NCBI GenBank assembly: GCA_947499075.1
Contig: CANMNA010000002.1
Span: 1,287-65,286, forward strand
DNA length: 64,000 bases
DNA from: Myxococcales bacterium
GTDB lineage: Bacteria > Myxococcota_A > UBA9042
Reading direction: 5' to 3'
Of this stretch, positions 63,422 to 64,000 are shown in pieces. A model generated the notes under the pieces. That model did no database searches. It was not told the DNA's origin and worked only from the letters and a program-made list of their open reading frames with translations. How positions within the stretch are numbered: the stretch's first letter is position 1; each line of letters starts with the position of its first letter. The translations under genes and the position numbers were made by a program.

Positions 63422-64000
63422 GGGCAACCGCGATGTTTGACCGTGATTTCGCCGCTGCGACCTCACCCCCTAACCCCCTCTCCCTGAAGGGAGAGGGGGG
63501 ACCGGACGGGGTATCGGCCGTGACGAATCGGCAGGTAGTTAGCGGCACCAAAGTGGCGCTCGCTAAGAGTTTCCGGAGACTTGCTACAGACGCGGAGGCT
63601 CAGGCTTGGGGAATTCTACGCAATCGGGGCGTTCTGGGTCTCAAGTTTCGTCGACAGCAGGTCATTTGCGGGTTTGTCGTGGATTTCTACTGTGCTGCCT
63701 TGCGACTGGCGCTCGAGATCGACGGCGAGGTTCACGATTCCGCTGAGGCGATGTGCTTCGACCACGCGCGCTCCGACGTCCTGCGTGCCCATGGAATTCG
63801 AGTCGTCCGTGTTCCGAACCACAACGTGACAGAAGCCGGGCTGTCCGCTGTGCTTTCCCTCTCCCTTCAGGGAGAGGGCCGTTCGGTGCCGGAAGGCACC
63901 GAACGGGGTGAGGTCGGGGCGGGGGCCCACCAGCGCGAACTCGGCTTCACCCTCATCGAAATCATGGTCGCCGTCGCGCTCTTGGCCATGTTGGGCATCA
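63418..64000 (+). CDS. gspJ: GspJ-like pseudopilin carrying an in-frame DUF559 endonuclease domain in its leader (3' end outside the window)
   Basis: ATG overlaps the gspI stop (ATGA). Manual translation has no stop through 64000 and ends ...HQRELG|FTLIEIMVAVALLAMLGI. Not in the ORF track, presumably because it has no stop in the window. Confidence 0.8.
   Translation, partial: MRATAMFDRDFAAATSPPNPLSLKGEGGPDGVSAVTNRQVVSGTKVALAKSFRRLATDAEAQAWGILRNRGVLGLKFRRQQVICGFVVDFYCAALRLALEIDGEVHDSAEAMCFDHARSDVLRAHGIRVVRVPNHNVTEAGLSAVLSLSLQGEGRSVPEGTERGEVGAGAHQRELGFTLIEIMVAVALLAMLGI
63458..63916 (+). mobile_element. 459-bp REP-like-flanked DUF559 (Vsr-like endonuclease) cassette
   Basis: Perfect 12-bp terminal IRs CGACCTCACCCC / GGGGTGAGGTCG and two CCCTCTCCCT-NN-AGGGAGAGGG hairpins. 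Encodes TDAEAQAWGILRNR...GLKFRRQQVICGFVVDFYC...LALEIDGEVH...GIRVVRV. Confidence 0.8.

Noticed and set aside
63581..63930. ORF-track entries 63581-63829 (+) and 63616-63930 (-)
   Set aside because: Off-frame or antisense shadows of the DUF559-GspJ frame that starts at 63418.

Overview
GC-rich chromosomal window whose gene content (Glt/Cgl-like gliding proteins, Cys-rich lipoproteins, long GspD) points to a Myxococcota or related deltaproteobacterium. In order it holds: lon (5'-truncated) and ffh; a gltF-like/gltG-like/TPR triplet; selA with a KamB-like P-loop gene; an ABC exporter half; a Cys-rich lipoprotein; PIN-PhoH; a HAD protein with degenerate motifs; a cglB-gltB/A-gltC-gltD-gltE-gltF-like cluster; uvrA bracketed by two copies of a ~150-bp structured repeat; an OB-fold lipoprotein and DsbA; a small MITE-like element; an lspA-lgt-uppS-GT-C glycosyltransferase-mtnA-M16 run; a His-Xaa-Ser (Hxs)-type cluster with four radical SAM genes and two HxsD-like genes but no visible precursor; a Phd-VapC toxin-antitoxin pair; and a type II secretion operon gspC-J running off the end. 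The most striking observation is missing from the ORF track: a 459-bp cassette bounded by inverted repeats and REP-like hairpins, encoding a DUF559/Vsr-like endonuclease, sits in frame inside the cleavable leader of the GspJ-like pseudopilin. Prepilin peptidase would therefore be expected to cut the nuclease domain off and leave the mature pseudopilin intact. Family assignments come from motif recognition by eye, not from database searches.
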